A DNA stretch of 60,542 bases, counting the filler, from Jimgerdemannia flammicorona (Eukaryota): assembly GCA_003990765.1 (NCBI GenBank). It is 3 parts of 3 records of this genome, joined end to end, with 100 filler letters (N's around TTAATTAATTAA, not from the genome) between each part and the next. Parts side by side here need not be neighbours in the genome. Positions count along the whole stretch, not along the records: positions 1 to 20,116 come from RBNJ01001756.1; positions 20,217 to 40,331 come from RBNJ01001757.1; 1 more part is not named here. One strand, given 5' to 3'. How positions within the stretch are numbered: position 1 is the stretch's first letter; the number at the start of each line of letters is the position of its first letter. Of this stretch, positions 13,661-25,450 are shown one piece after another. The notes under the pieces are model-generated. The model did not search any database and had not been told where the DNA came from. It saw only the letters and a list, made by a program, of their open reading frames with translations. The position numbers and the translations under genes were made by a program.

Positions 13661-16069
13661 AGGTGAAATATATATAAATGAGCTGGCTTTAATAATAAAA
13701 AATAAACAAAATCAAAAAATAACCTCATCTTATAAAAAACTTCAATTCTATATTAATCATCTTTCTGAAGTCTTTAAGAACATGAACCATACTATTAATA
13801 AGGTTGTCATCTGGTTGGATGATGAGGAACCTAAGACTGATAATGAATGTAAGAAGAAGAAGAAGAAGATTGAAGAAGCAATTAAGCAATTCATCTCAAG
13901 GACAGCTCCTAAAGCCACCCTTCAGGCTGCCCCTAAAGTCTCCACTCCTGAGGCTCCTGAAGTCTCTACTCCTGAGGCCCCTGAAGTCACCACCACTATC
14001 ACCTAAGCTGCTATACAAGCCCAAGCCACTGTCTAAGTACAAGCTACAACCCTAACCCAAGCCACCACTGTCTAAGCCCAAGCCACTGCCCAAGCCCAAA
14101 CCACTGCTCTAGCTCAAGCTACTGTCCAAGCCCAAGCCACCATCCAAGCCTAAGCCACCACCCAAGCCCAAGATGCTATCACTATATCTCCAAAAACTAA
14201 AGGTTGATCTTATATAAGCTGTAATAATTGTAGAAGATATGGAAAACTATGTTATATCTTATCAAAATCTGTCAACAACTCAATCCATTGATCTCTGATC
14301 TTTTACTAAGAAAGAGATCATATAATAATACTTACCAGACAGCTGCCACTATGGCCTGGCATGGCTGTGACCAGGACCAGGGACAAGGATTTCGAAAATA
14401 TATATCAGTTATGTGTGAATTTCAGTTAGATGTGAATTTTAGTTATGTGGGAATTTCAATTATATATTTATATATAATATGCCTTTCAAATAAAGAACTG
14501 ATGTAAATAATAAGCCACTGAGAATCTTGAATTAATATTTAATTTGATTTGACTAATTCAAATTAGACTCTCAATTCAACTCAAATCAAATTTAATCAGA
14601 CCTCAATTTGATTCAAATTCAATTCAATTTGAATTCAATTTGAATATAAAAATCTTCAATTTGATTTGATTTGAATCAACTCCAATTCGATTTAATTCAA
14701 ATTAATTCAATTTATTTGGAAGCACTAGAGGTATTTATACTAATGAGAGACTATCTGGATAATGCTAAATATAGATGTAGTACTTAGTACCTTGCTGAGT
14801 TGGAAAACAGTCATGTATGAACTGATATATCAAGAGATCATCTAACTACTGAGTTAGTATGCAGTCATATTATACAAGGCTAATCTAACTATACTAAAGA
14901 CTGCTAAGTTATCTATAGATTTAGATACTGTCTGGATAGTCATCAATGATATCACTATCCTTCTCTACTACCTTACCAGTTATAATTATTTGGTAGACAA
15001 CCTTCTGAGTCCACTTTCTACAATTAATACCCCCTCTATCTCTGGTTGGTTTGCTCTACCTATTTCAAGGCAGTAGGAGGGAGGCAATGGTGATGAGTTG
15101 CCCTTTTATTGGTGTCTGATTGGTGTTTTCTCTACTTTTTCACAGTTTCTGGTGCCTTTAGCTGTGTCTGAGGTATACTCATTTTGGTGCAGCACCTTCT
15201 TCCTTTTGCTATTATCAAAAAGGTGCTATCTCAGTATATCATAGGTTATATAGGGAGTTGGCCAACCTTGGGCATCAAGTATCCAGTGTAGATTACCTAC
15301 AGGTCCTCAGTGCCTGTGATGGGGCCCTCTGGGTTTGATGAGCTTTTTGATGAGTGCAGTTCTGGCATAGGTGACTGTTTTTTGGGTATTGTTGGAATGG
15401 GAGGAGAGATGGCCATTACAGATAAGAAGAAGGATGATAATGATGAACCAGATGGAACCAGGCTAGGGGTGGTCATCAGGGCTGGGACAGGTGCTGCTTC
15501 AGTGGGGCCTTTTAATTAGTGTGGAGCAGTTAGTAATAGGTGTCACTCTCAGCTTCTTTTGGTGATATATGGGGTTGGGCTCCAGTCAATTGGGGGGTTT
15601 CAAGAGATCTGAGGCTACCCATTTTAGGCAACTTGGCTACACTTAACTGGAATTAGGAGCTGATATAGTAATGTAATTGAAGTCTGCAGGCTTGAGTAAT
15701 GGGATATTGTGGGTCTCTGCCTGCCTTATATATAAGTCCTTTACTAATCTCATCTGAGAGAACCAGGCCCTATACACCATGATATACTTTAATAAGGATT
15801 TTTTCTTTGCCTGTCATCCTCCTTGGGGTGGCAGGAGCTATTCTATTTAGCTTGAGCATGGCCTTGTACATACATTGGAGTCTCAGGCATGCACTTTCAG
15901 TTATTGACATATGGCTGAGTTCCCCCTGGTGGTAGAATGAGTATGATGTACAGAATGAGATATGGGCCATGATAGGTCCTGCTGTGCCTGGTATGATTGA
16001 GTTACTGTATAATAGCTAGTCTAGGTTAATGAGGGGGCAGTGCTTGGTGGGTGGTGGAAGAGGGTTTTG

Positions 16070-16143
16070 GTCTATATAGTCTAGGTTCCCTTCTAATAAA
16101 AATCTGTGGGACTCTGAGTCTGTAAAAAAAAAAAAAAAAAAAA
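16070..16143 (+). mobile_element. Short polyadenylated retroposed stub (LINE-like 3' end)
   Basis: AATAAA near 16095, gagtctgt then poly(A) 16124-16143, resembling the LINE tail. No TSD identified and the left boundary is uncertain. Confidence 0.5.
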
Positions 16144-16649
16144 TGACATCACTATTGATAATATTATCTCTGATGAAGTAGTTATCTAGAAAGAGTGGTT
16201 CTTAGATTACTTCTCCCTATTCACTCAGATAATAATATATTGAGACCATGTCACCATCCTATAGGATAGTATCATCTGTCTCATATATTGAGTATAGAGT
16301 TGGTAGATAAAGAAGGGGTATATTATCTTTGCTTTTATCAGATTTGCTGTCCACATACCTTCTGTAGGTTATGGTACTATGTGTTGCTATGTTGTAGTAA
16401 GCTGGTAGCTGTTCTTTATATCACTCATACTTGGGTGGTGGAGTTATCAGTTTGATCTTGAGAGTTGTCTGAAGGTACAGATTGTATTCTCCAGTTTTCT
16501 CATTATAGTTGAAGTAATTAAGAGTAAACATAGATTAGTACTAGTTCCAGTGGTCATTATCTCAATATGTCTCATAAGTGGTTATAAACTGTCATAACTT
16601 TATCAGCAAAGTTAGCAGAATGATCAGAGCAGACAGAGATTCTTGGCTA

Positions 16650-17471
16650 GAGATCATATGAGTATCAGAGGGATTATTATCTTCTGCTTCATCATTATTA
16701 AACTAAATTATATCATAGATATATGCTATATCCAACTTGAGGCATTTGTAGAATATGGTCATCAGGATGCAGGAAGGTCCTGTCTGTGGTTTGAATGTAC
16801 TCAATATACTTGTGGTTGAGTTCTTATACTATATTGTCAATTTGGCCATAGGACAGAGTAGTAATCATTTTAGTGGTAATAACTCATAGGTAGGGAATAA
16901 AGGTGCTGTACTCATAGAAGAGTTCTCAGTATTTGTGGGTGATGAGTTTCTGGTATTGAGACATTTGGGTAATATCTATGTTATAGTACTATATCTTCTA
17001 GGAGACAGCTAATCTGATAGTTGCTTGAGATTTGTTTAATTCAGTGGACTTTACTGAGTATATTCAGGGCATTCCATTGAGCTTCTATAAAGTAGGGAGG
17101 TAGAGGCTATGGATATTCACGAGAGGTGAGGAGGTGTGGCTCAGTTGACAATGGCATTCTAAATATCAGTATAGATGCAGTTATAGATCTCAGTGATCAT
17201 AGTTATATATATGTTCAAGAGTTGTAGTTGTTTGTTTTGTTTGTTATAGTTCTTTATTTCAATGTATCTAAATACTTAGTATATATATATGTATTCAGTA
17301 CTGATTGGTAAGATTCCATTTTTGTAAATCTTGTATTTCATGACTTTGAGTTGACTCAGCTTTGTGCTCTGTGACTTCAGTTTGACTCAGCTTTATAATC
17401 TTGCATGTGATTTCCAGATTTATTCTGAGGGTGACATGTGATTTCAATAGCTTAGAGATTGTATACTTACA
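16650..17471 (-). mobile_element. Degenerate LTR-like unit with a divergent homolog of the 57491 ORF
   Basis: Minus strand starts TGTAAG directly after a protease fragment. Decayed translation IYNCIYTDI*NA ... NYQISCLL ... THKY*ELFYEYSTFIPYL*VITTKMITTLSYGQIDNIV parallels the 57491 protein. Confidence 0.45.
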
Positions 17472-17600
17472 ATTATTCTATTTCTAAATATAGCAATATT
17501 TCCATTTAGATTTTTCTATATCTTAAGGTAGAATTAATTAGTAGTTTCTTTATTGAGATAGCATTTGCTTACTCTACTATTAATAAGGACTTTGATACTC
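17472..17600 (-). mobile_element. Gypsy aspartic protease fragment
   Basis: IKVLINSRVSKCYL is a decayed (I/L)DSGAS motif. Confidence 0.55.
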
Positions 17601-17604
17601 TCTC

Positions 17605-19035
17605 CTGAGGGTACATTATACTACATTAGAGCCTCTTTTATCATTATCTCATTCTCAGTCACTGCACTCTGCCTGGAGCCTTCACTCACCCTCAGGGCTA
17701 CTGTAGGTACTACTCCCTTCTCCTCTGTCTAAGCAATAATCCTTGATTCAGCTCCTTTAGCAGTATTCTTCCCTGCTGCCCTCTTGCTCAGATCTGCCAA
17801 TAAATCTTTCTGATGCTACCTCTCCTATAGTCTCTCTCCAGCTGCCCAATCTAGTTGTACTCTTCTTCTATTCACAATCTCAACCACTATCTTAGTCTTG
17901 AACTTCTTCCAGACCAGCTGCCTCTTCTCTACTGCCCCAGCTAAGTCATCTAGTATCTTCAGCAAATCCTCCTCCTTCTTTAGTATCTTCTTTACTCTTG
18001 AGACCTTATACTCTACTGGTCTCCACTTGAGTACTGCTGGCCAATTCCTTTCTTTTTTAGTATTCTTCTTACCAACTAGTCTCATCCTAATATCTATATC
18101 TCTAGTTCTGAACTCTATACTATTCTAGATCTAGAATCCAACATCTACCACATCACTATATTCTTGATTATATCAGCAATCAGCTCTCTGGCCTTCTCCT
18201 TCTTCACTATAAGTATATTCACCACTATCAGCTATACTATTCAGGGGTCCCAGTACAAGTACTAAGCTATAGAGATTGCCACTTCTCTCACTACCACTCC
18301 TTACTCTAATACTTTCAACATCAACTCCTCCTTCTCAAAGCCAACTTCTATCTCTTTCAAACTCTTCAAGAGCTTCACTGATGCTGCTTCTTTTATCTTT
18401 TAGACCAGAAGCCCCAGAACCCTTTTGGCCATAACTACTAAGCTCCAGAAGACAATGTGATGGTGAATTCAGATACTAATTTCTTGAGTAATAGTACTGC
18501 CAACAGATCTATTACACCATCAGCCAGGTTCTCAGACCTTGGCCCCCCCCCCTGCTCAGCCCCACTATCAGCTATCATATCTGGATTTTTTTTCCAAATT
18601 AGTAGTTCCCCTTCCATTAGCAGTTTCACTCCCCCAAGCCCTTAATCCCCCAGCCCTACTGCTACTGCCACTATGGACCCCACTATCTGATCCTGTAGCC
18701 TTCTCCTTCTCCTTGCCCTTCTGCAGCCAACTCTCCAATCCAGTTACTAGATACCCTGCTTTGACCTTGTCAGCAAAACTCACTCTCCTAGGCCCTTATC
18801 TGCCCAACCTGCCTCTTCCACCTCCTCAACCACCAGAGAGAGTGCCCAACAGGCTCTCCTCCAAGCCATGACTCCTCCCCACATGCTGCCAGTTGAATGC
18901 ACTGAGACTGCCCTGCCTAGCACACTCCTTGAAATACTCATTGATCTCCATATTATTATCACCTTTTCTCCAAAAACAATGCTGAAAGTGTTGTCAGAAG
19001 TTTGTGTAACCCAAATTGTACTGGAGAAAGGTGTT
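17605..19035 (-). mobile_element. LINE copy B: 5' end and N-terminal two thirds of ORF1
   Basis: MSFADKVKAG..., LADGVIDLLAVLLLKKLVSEF and WPAVLKWRPVEYKV match ORF1 of the full-length copy at 30625. Shares the 5' end CACCTTTCTCCAGTA. Confidence 0.9.
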
Positions 19036-19461
19036 TAGCATCCTGTTCCACCACTTGCCACAGTGATTGCACTGACATACGTCATAAGTTTGCAAGATAA
19101 ACTTCACGAACGAAATCACCATAAGGAAGACCACTACTGCAATGGACTTCTAGACAAAAAGATTATCACGGTATAATACGATCCGAGATTGAGTCGTTAT
19201 GCAGCGCCTACTGTGGATGAGAGCACGGTGCATCAGGAGCCGGATTGGAAAAGCTTGGAAAATTTCCTATTCTTGTTCTTAAAATCAAAAAGCGTATTTC
19301 TCCGAAATCGTTCAAGCCACGTTTTATCATCCCCTCCACATTCGGCATTCTATCCAACGTATTTTAGGTCAACACATTCACCAGATACAGTTGAAGATTA
19401 TTTAATGTGACTAATTGCGAATCAAAAATGACAGTAGTTGTTATTTTCAAAAAATTGACCA

Positions 19462-19594
19462 ACACAGATTATTTGTGGTGGCTTGCAGCTTGCGCATTGT
19501 GCTGATTATACGGCTCGCGGCTTGTGGCTAGCCACAAAAGCTGCATAATCTGCGTAAGCAGCGAGCCGCAAGCTACCACACCAATAATCTGTGT
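19462..19594. mobile_element. 133-bp palindromic MITE-like element
   Basis: ACACAGATTATTTGTGGTGGCTTGCAGCTTGC ... GCGAGCCGCAAGCTACCACACCAATAATCTGTGT are inverted repeats, and the interior is also self-complementary. Confidence 0.7.
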
Positions 19595-20059
19595 AGATGA
19601 AGTTGTTAGAAATGTTGCCATCAATCATATTATCTGCATCTACATCTAGTGGTCGTGTTCACCTATATCATGTAGAGATTATGCCCCTGGCTATAACGTG
19701 AGCACTGGTATGACGTATCATGATGTGACGGTTTTTTATTTTTTTTGCCCTCACACAAACGCGCCCTACAATCGCACCAATATTCGCCCCACACATGCTT
19801 TCCTCTTTCCATCCACATCGTCAGTACTCTCATTTCCACCCTTCCACGTCTTTCGCCCCCTCAGAATATTCTTCTTTCCACATCGCTAGCCTGCACAGTG
19901 TATTCCCACTTCCCGTCGCAAACTGCCCTTCTTTCGGCATCTTTCGCTCTTACAAAATATTCCTCCATATCTTCAACCCTGCAAAGTATTCTCCTTCCGC
20001 GCCATTCGCCTCCGCAAGGTATTCTTCCTTCTACTCTTCCATATTTTTCACCCCTGAGA

Positions 20060-20116
20060 GCCCGCCCCGGCCCCACCCTCACCCGCCCCGGCCCCACCCT
20101 CACCCGCCCTGGCCCC
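20060..20116. repeat. GC-rich 21-bp tandem repeat at contig end
   Basis: cccgccccggccccaccctca x about 2.7, running into the gap. Confidence 0.85.
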
Positions 20117-20216
20117 NNNNNNNNNNNNNNNNNNNNNNNNNNNNNNNNNNNNNNNNNNNNTTAATTAATTAANNNNNNNNNNNNNNNNNNNNNNNNNNNN
20201 NNNNNNNNNNNNNNNN
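20117..20216. other. Artificial contig linker (N44-TTAATTAATTAA-N44)
   Basis: Exactly 100 nt with a six-frame stop cassette; identical structure at 40332-40431. Confidence 0.98.
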
Positions 20217-20768
20217 TGGAAATTATCTGGCAATCTTGAAACTATTGACCATTAAATGGTTGGAGTTTTGGTGATGCCATCACGAGCCTTGCCAGTAGCC
20301 ATTGCACAGTCGACAAGCCACCACGACAGAGAGAGATGAAAATGGTGGTGTCTATTCGCTTTATCTCCCTTCCACCGCACTACGCCCGTCGAATCGTCCG
20401 TGGTTGGGTACTCATACATTACTCTCTTCCATTCATGCCCGCATAATCACTGGTTTTGAGATGGTTGAGCAGTAAGCCAGTGGTCGAACTGATGTGCCTA
20501 TGCTTTTATGCATCTATTCGAATTCTTGGAGCCAGTGAATCATTTCCTTCGGTCAGCGCGCCCAGATATAAAACTACAGGCCTTGATAAAGCGACAAGAA
20601 TAGGCATCCTGGTAGACAGTCATTTAAAGTTGGTCGGTGGTTGTAAACACCACACCTCATTTATTCATAGATATGATTATACGTAATTTTTATATATATA
20701 AATTTCGGACACGCGCATCAAGCAACGTCGGAGATACATGTACACAAATCTCGTCAATATTTTTTTCA

Positions 20769-21432
20769 ATGACCAGCAAAAAGAAATTCAAATTGAAGCA
20801 ACATCCCATTGTGGTGCTTAAATACACGATTTTCGATGCTGGAGCAACTCAAGGAGTAGAAGCAGACTGGTGGAAAAAAAAAAAAAAAAAAAAAAAAAAA
20901 CGTAAATATTTTGAAACCACATCTGGCATAGATGACGGCAATGGTTCTCGAGGTGACATTCCATCAGTTTAACGACTCGCAGGCCGTCCTCGGGTCCGCC
21001 ATTGTTTGCACCGCCGACCAATACTACGATGCTGAGGAATTCAGGATCGCCGTCGACTTGCGGGGGTACTTTCGAATCGAATCGAACGATGCTAGCACAC
21101 GGATTTGCTGCAATATGGCCATTTAGCCTTTTTTCTTTTCCCCTGTTGCTGTAACTAAATTATAGTTCTCATCTACGCAATAGATCAACGAGTCTGACGT
21201 TAAGTGCACAAAATCCACGATGTCCCGAAAATCAAAAGTTGTTGAGGAAAATGTTTATATCCAAATCACTCCATGGTTGGCAAATTTAGACATGATGGAT
21301 AAAACAAGGGAACAACGTCAGTACTGTCGGGTAGTTTTTTCTCCCGAACGAATTTGGAAATCTGATAATGCCATCATCCAGTTGGAGCGAGCATACTATC
21401 ATGATGCCATACTTTGTCACTGGTTTATCTAA
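20769..21432 (+). CDS. Candidate multi-exon gene or pseudogene with an HSP20/alpha-crystallin-like domain
   Basis: CpG-rich. Putative exons 20769-20855, 20932-21065 and 21184-21432. DQYYDAEEFRIAVDLRG/INESDVKC ... RAYYHDAIL resembles the HSP20 pattern D.YE..E..I..DLPG...DI ... A.Y.DG.L. The second splice is out of phase by 1 nt in a G run. Confidence 0.4.
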
Positions 21433-22470
21433 AATCTGCGTACTTCAAGCACATGCTGAAACCAGGATCCATGACCTGTAAGCCGTCTGCCATTTTAAGC
21501 ACTCGTCGCTTCACCATCCGCTGGTGAAATTTCCTCAAGAAGAGCTCCACGATACGTAGACATATTCGTGCGAACATTAGGAGAGCGGCACTAGAAATGG
21601 AGCATGACAGCAGAGGTCGAGCGCATCGAAACTGTGTTAATCGCGAAGCGTGCATCTCCTGCTACCATGCTGTATATTAACCATGTATTATCAGCTTGCG
21701 CAGATATCTCATAAAGACCAAAGATCCAGCGATCAGAAGCCGGAACCACCACATCCTTAGCCCTAGACGTAGTTTTCAATTGGGCGTCGGGGGAGAACCT
21801 CCGCCAGAACTGAGGATCTAGTTCGAGGTCTTTCAGCCTGAACCCGTCTAAGCCTTCGATGTTGTCCGTCTGATGGGAATGACTTTGGACTGTCGTTCAA
21901 GCTGTTTTCCGAACCTTTAGATTACGGCACGGCAATGCGTTGTGGCCACGCAGAGTCAATTCATATCGCGTAAATCAGAATTCGTTCAAAGTTCTCGGCA
22001 ATGGCAAACGCATGCAATAATTGATTTAGTTTGGGAGCTCATAGAGCGCCGCAGTTAGATCAATACAGACTGGTTATCGAACTCAGGGACCACCTGAAAA
22101 GCCCAGCCAACGCGCGATTGGTCGCGTCCATAATGGCCCTGATGTTCTTTGTTTGGAATATTGGATTTAACCAGTATGACAGTATCGCATCTACGACGCT
22201 CAGGCACTTTAGCATTTTGAAGAGCGAGATATAGTCTATGGTCGACCTCGCGGTCGGATCATCGGTATCGCTGTACGCAAGCATCTCTATCAGGGATCTG
22301 TATCTGGTATGCTTCATGGAGTGACGTATTGAAACCGAAAAGTAGCATGGAAGAGAAATCGGCTGACGAGGAGGCAGGAACGGATGGTGGGGATACGGTC
22401 AATGACGAGGTGTCGGGTGGATTCAAAACCATATGGTTTCCACGATGTCTTTACTAGCACATGAGTATGG
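21430..22470 (-). pseudogene. F-box/LRR (RNI-like) family pseudogene
   Basis: Across frameshifts: KDIVETIWF ... DRIPTIRSCLLVSRFLFHATFRFQYVTP ... SLIEML ... TIDYISLFKML ... YWL, the pattern of expanded F-box proteins in early-diverging fungi. Stops and frameshifts are present. Confidence 0.6.
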
Positions 22471-23099
22471 AATTGAAAATAAACAGACAGTGATCTCCAT
22501 AATATTTATTATTAAAATTGCTGGATATGTATTTGTTAAAACCTGTACCAATATGCTTCCCATTCCTCTTCATTTCCACCAATATCATTGGATACAGAAA
22601 AAAAAAAAAACTATTTATATCTGAACTTGTTAGGTAGAAACTTAATGTATATATGTAAAAACATATTGTCCCCATTTCTACATTCTTCATATATCCAAAA
22701 TTTTGACAATCCTGTTCACTTTCCGCGCTTCGGCTAGAGTGCTAGCCAATAGGATTGTCTGCAAAGAAAAGCATAAAGAATATATGCATGGTTGTCAGCT
22801 AGAATGCTATATAGTTGAATGCAAAAAATTTATATACTATGTAATCTGTTCAGGGCTACACAAGAGGATATCAATTCTGTGCTCATCTCTACCATACTAA
22901 ATGATGACCATGATACATTCAAGGTCAATGTCTAGCTACAATATCTGACCAGCACGCGAAAGTTATAACCCTCCAATGCGAAAGAAGACAACCCATGCAC
23001 AAAAGATATAACCCTCTAATGCAAAAGAAGAAAACCCCATAAATGTAATTGCTGTTTCCAGTAAATGGATTTGGGAGAAACACATGGTGAAAAGAAAAC

Positions 23100-23420
23100 C
23101 AGCCCCATAACTATATATATACATGAGCAGAAAGGGGGGGTGGTAGATGAAAGCAAGAGTGAATATATATGCAGTAAATATACATAGAGCATAGAGAATA
23201 GTATATTGAGTTAAGAATGATGAATAGAACTAGTGTAAAGCACCTAATGCTATAGATTACCCAAATAGGAAAATATACACCTATAATGCATATTAAAACA
23301 TTACATTATCCTGCCACTGCCCCAAAACAGAAAAATAGATAAGGCATATGTGCCAAAGACATCAGTGTTAAAGACATTCCTGCAATCATTGACCTGTGGT
23401 CTCAACCAAGTCCACTCATT
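23100..23420 (-). repeat. Terminal-repeat remnant related to the 5' end of the Ngaro-like element
   Basis: aagacattcctgcaatcattgacctgtggtctcaaccaagtccactca (23371-23418) closely matches about 8334-8381. Confidence 0.6.
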
Positions 23421-23519
23421 CTTAGTGAATGATTGTAGTGCCAACACCAGTCAATATAATAATGATATAGTCCAATTATATATAGTAGCAGTTCAAAATA
23501 GTTCAGCTCTTACTGCTGA

Positions 23520-25450
23520 ATTACAAGAACTAGTTATTAAGCTATCTATTATTAATGAGCTAGCCATTGATACTATAATTGTAAGACTTTCATATCTTAT
23601 CAAAATACTGGCCCTGTAACTATTAGACCTCAGGGTGGTCATCAGGAAATATATAGCAGATAGAACTCTAATCTACAAATATTGAACACTACTTCATAAT
23701 GCTGCAAAATTAGGAAATCTCAAACTTATTGAGATTTTTATCACTGATCTCAAGATCAATATTAATCTGCAAGAGTATGGTCAAATAATACTACTGTATA
23801 TTGTAATAATAAAGAATCATCCAGAGGTTATAAGAATGATTTATATCAGATTTGATACTGATATTAGAATCTGAGATTGGAGAAACCAAATAGTATTATA
23901 ACTGATAGTAGATAGAGGATATTATGAGATAATTCAGATACTCTATAACTTATTTAGAGTAATATAGAAAGACATCATACTATACTCATATCTATAATAC
24001 TATATAATAATCTTATTATATTCAAGATTCTAGTACTAGAGTATAGTATATACTAATATCTATAAATAGTATTCTATTAATGAAGTACTTCTATCAATTA
24101 TGATAGTAAACTTATTTATATAACAACATAGTTGTTTAGACTTTTTCCACATATTTGTCAAATCAATATATATTATATATAATGATTATTCACAAGTATA
24201 AAAGGATTGACTATAATAATAATAGTATTTGATATATCTATAAACATATATTTTTATAATATATCTGCTATCATATTATATGATACTAAGTATAAGTAAA
24301 TGCAAAAAGGCTCCTAAATATAAAGTAGTATCTACTATTACTATCTATCTATAAGATACTACTATCTCAGTATCTAAATATAAAGGAGTATGTATCTATT
24401 ATTACTGCTTATCCACAAGATACTATAATCTCAGTATCTAAATGCAAAAGAGCATCAATCATTACTGCCTATCTATAAGATATCACTATCTCTACTAGTA
24501 AATATATAAAGATATCTATTACTACTAAATACCAAAGAGTATTAGCCAATACTGCTCACCCACAAAGAGATGTAATATCTCTGAGCATTGTTATTAATCT
24601 GTCTAATAAGTTATAAGATATGTATAAATCAGTTATATGTAGTTGATGAACTAGTAGTTGATACTATAATTAAAAGTCTTTTATATCTTATAGAAAGGCT
24701 GATTAGGTGGAATTTAACCCCAGAGTAATCATCAGAAAATATTTAGCTGGTGGGATTGTGATTTACAATAATTATTAGATATTACTTTATGAAGCTACTT
24801 TACTAAAAGATCTCTAATTAGTTGGAATCTTTATTACTGATTTTAAGATAAATATCAATCTATATAGATATAACAAAATAACATTACTATATATTACAAT
24901 AGAGAGCCATTGCTCTGAGGTTGTGTGAATGCTCTGTGCTGAATTCTATTCTGATATAGAGATCTAGAATTTATATAATAAAATAGTATTATAGCTAGCA
25001 ATATATAAAGAGCACTCTAAAAGCTACTTGAGATTTATCTGTCTTTATTAAAATACTCATCAAACATACTACTAATATTAATATAAGAACATTATTAAGT
25101 AAGTTCACCTCTTGATATATTATATATAATACTTATAAGTATAAGAGCTATATTGAGACAATCAGAATTATAATTATCAAGAACCTTGTAGAGGCTAGTA
25201 TAAATATGAATACAAAAATATAATAGGTAAAATCCTACTAAGAACAACAATACATTCTGATCATATATATCTTATAATATATCTCATCAATAAGTATAAG
25301 ACAGATACTAGTATTAGATTATACAATAGTCTAATGCCATTTAATTTTACTCAAATAAAAGTAGTGCAAAATTTATTTTCAGATATTGTTAGTAATATAT
25401 AGTTAGAATAACTTTAGATTAAACTTACTATAATATATTGTTATAAGATT
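23520..25450 (+). pseudogene. Ankyrin-repeat protein pseudogene with a duplicated module
   Basis: TLHNAAKLGNLKLIEIFITDLKININLQEYGQITLLYIVIIKNHPEVIRMI at about 23690-23850. Second module 24640-25020 is similar to 23540-23950. About 65-bp tandem repeats lie between them (24290-24560). Confidence 0.75.

Larger units (their letters stand above)
9828..14727 (+). mobile_element. Complete hAT DNA transposon, degenerate
   Basis: TIR TAGTGCT...AGCACTA. 8-bp TSD GGGGTATT (9820-9827) / GAGGTATT (14728-14735). Subterminal GAATT/AATTC arrays at 9840-10015 and 14530-14715. Internal transposase. Confidence 0.93.

Noticed and set aside
20161..20172. TTAATTAATTAA palindrome as a biological site
   Set aside because: It is centred in N runs and repeated identically at 40376-40387; an assembly linker.
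19050..20640. Protein-coding genes in short CpG-rich ORFs (19189, 19698, 19745, 19795, 20456)
   Set aside because: No recognisable motifs or consistent exon structure, and the region is split by a linker.
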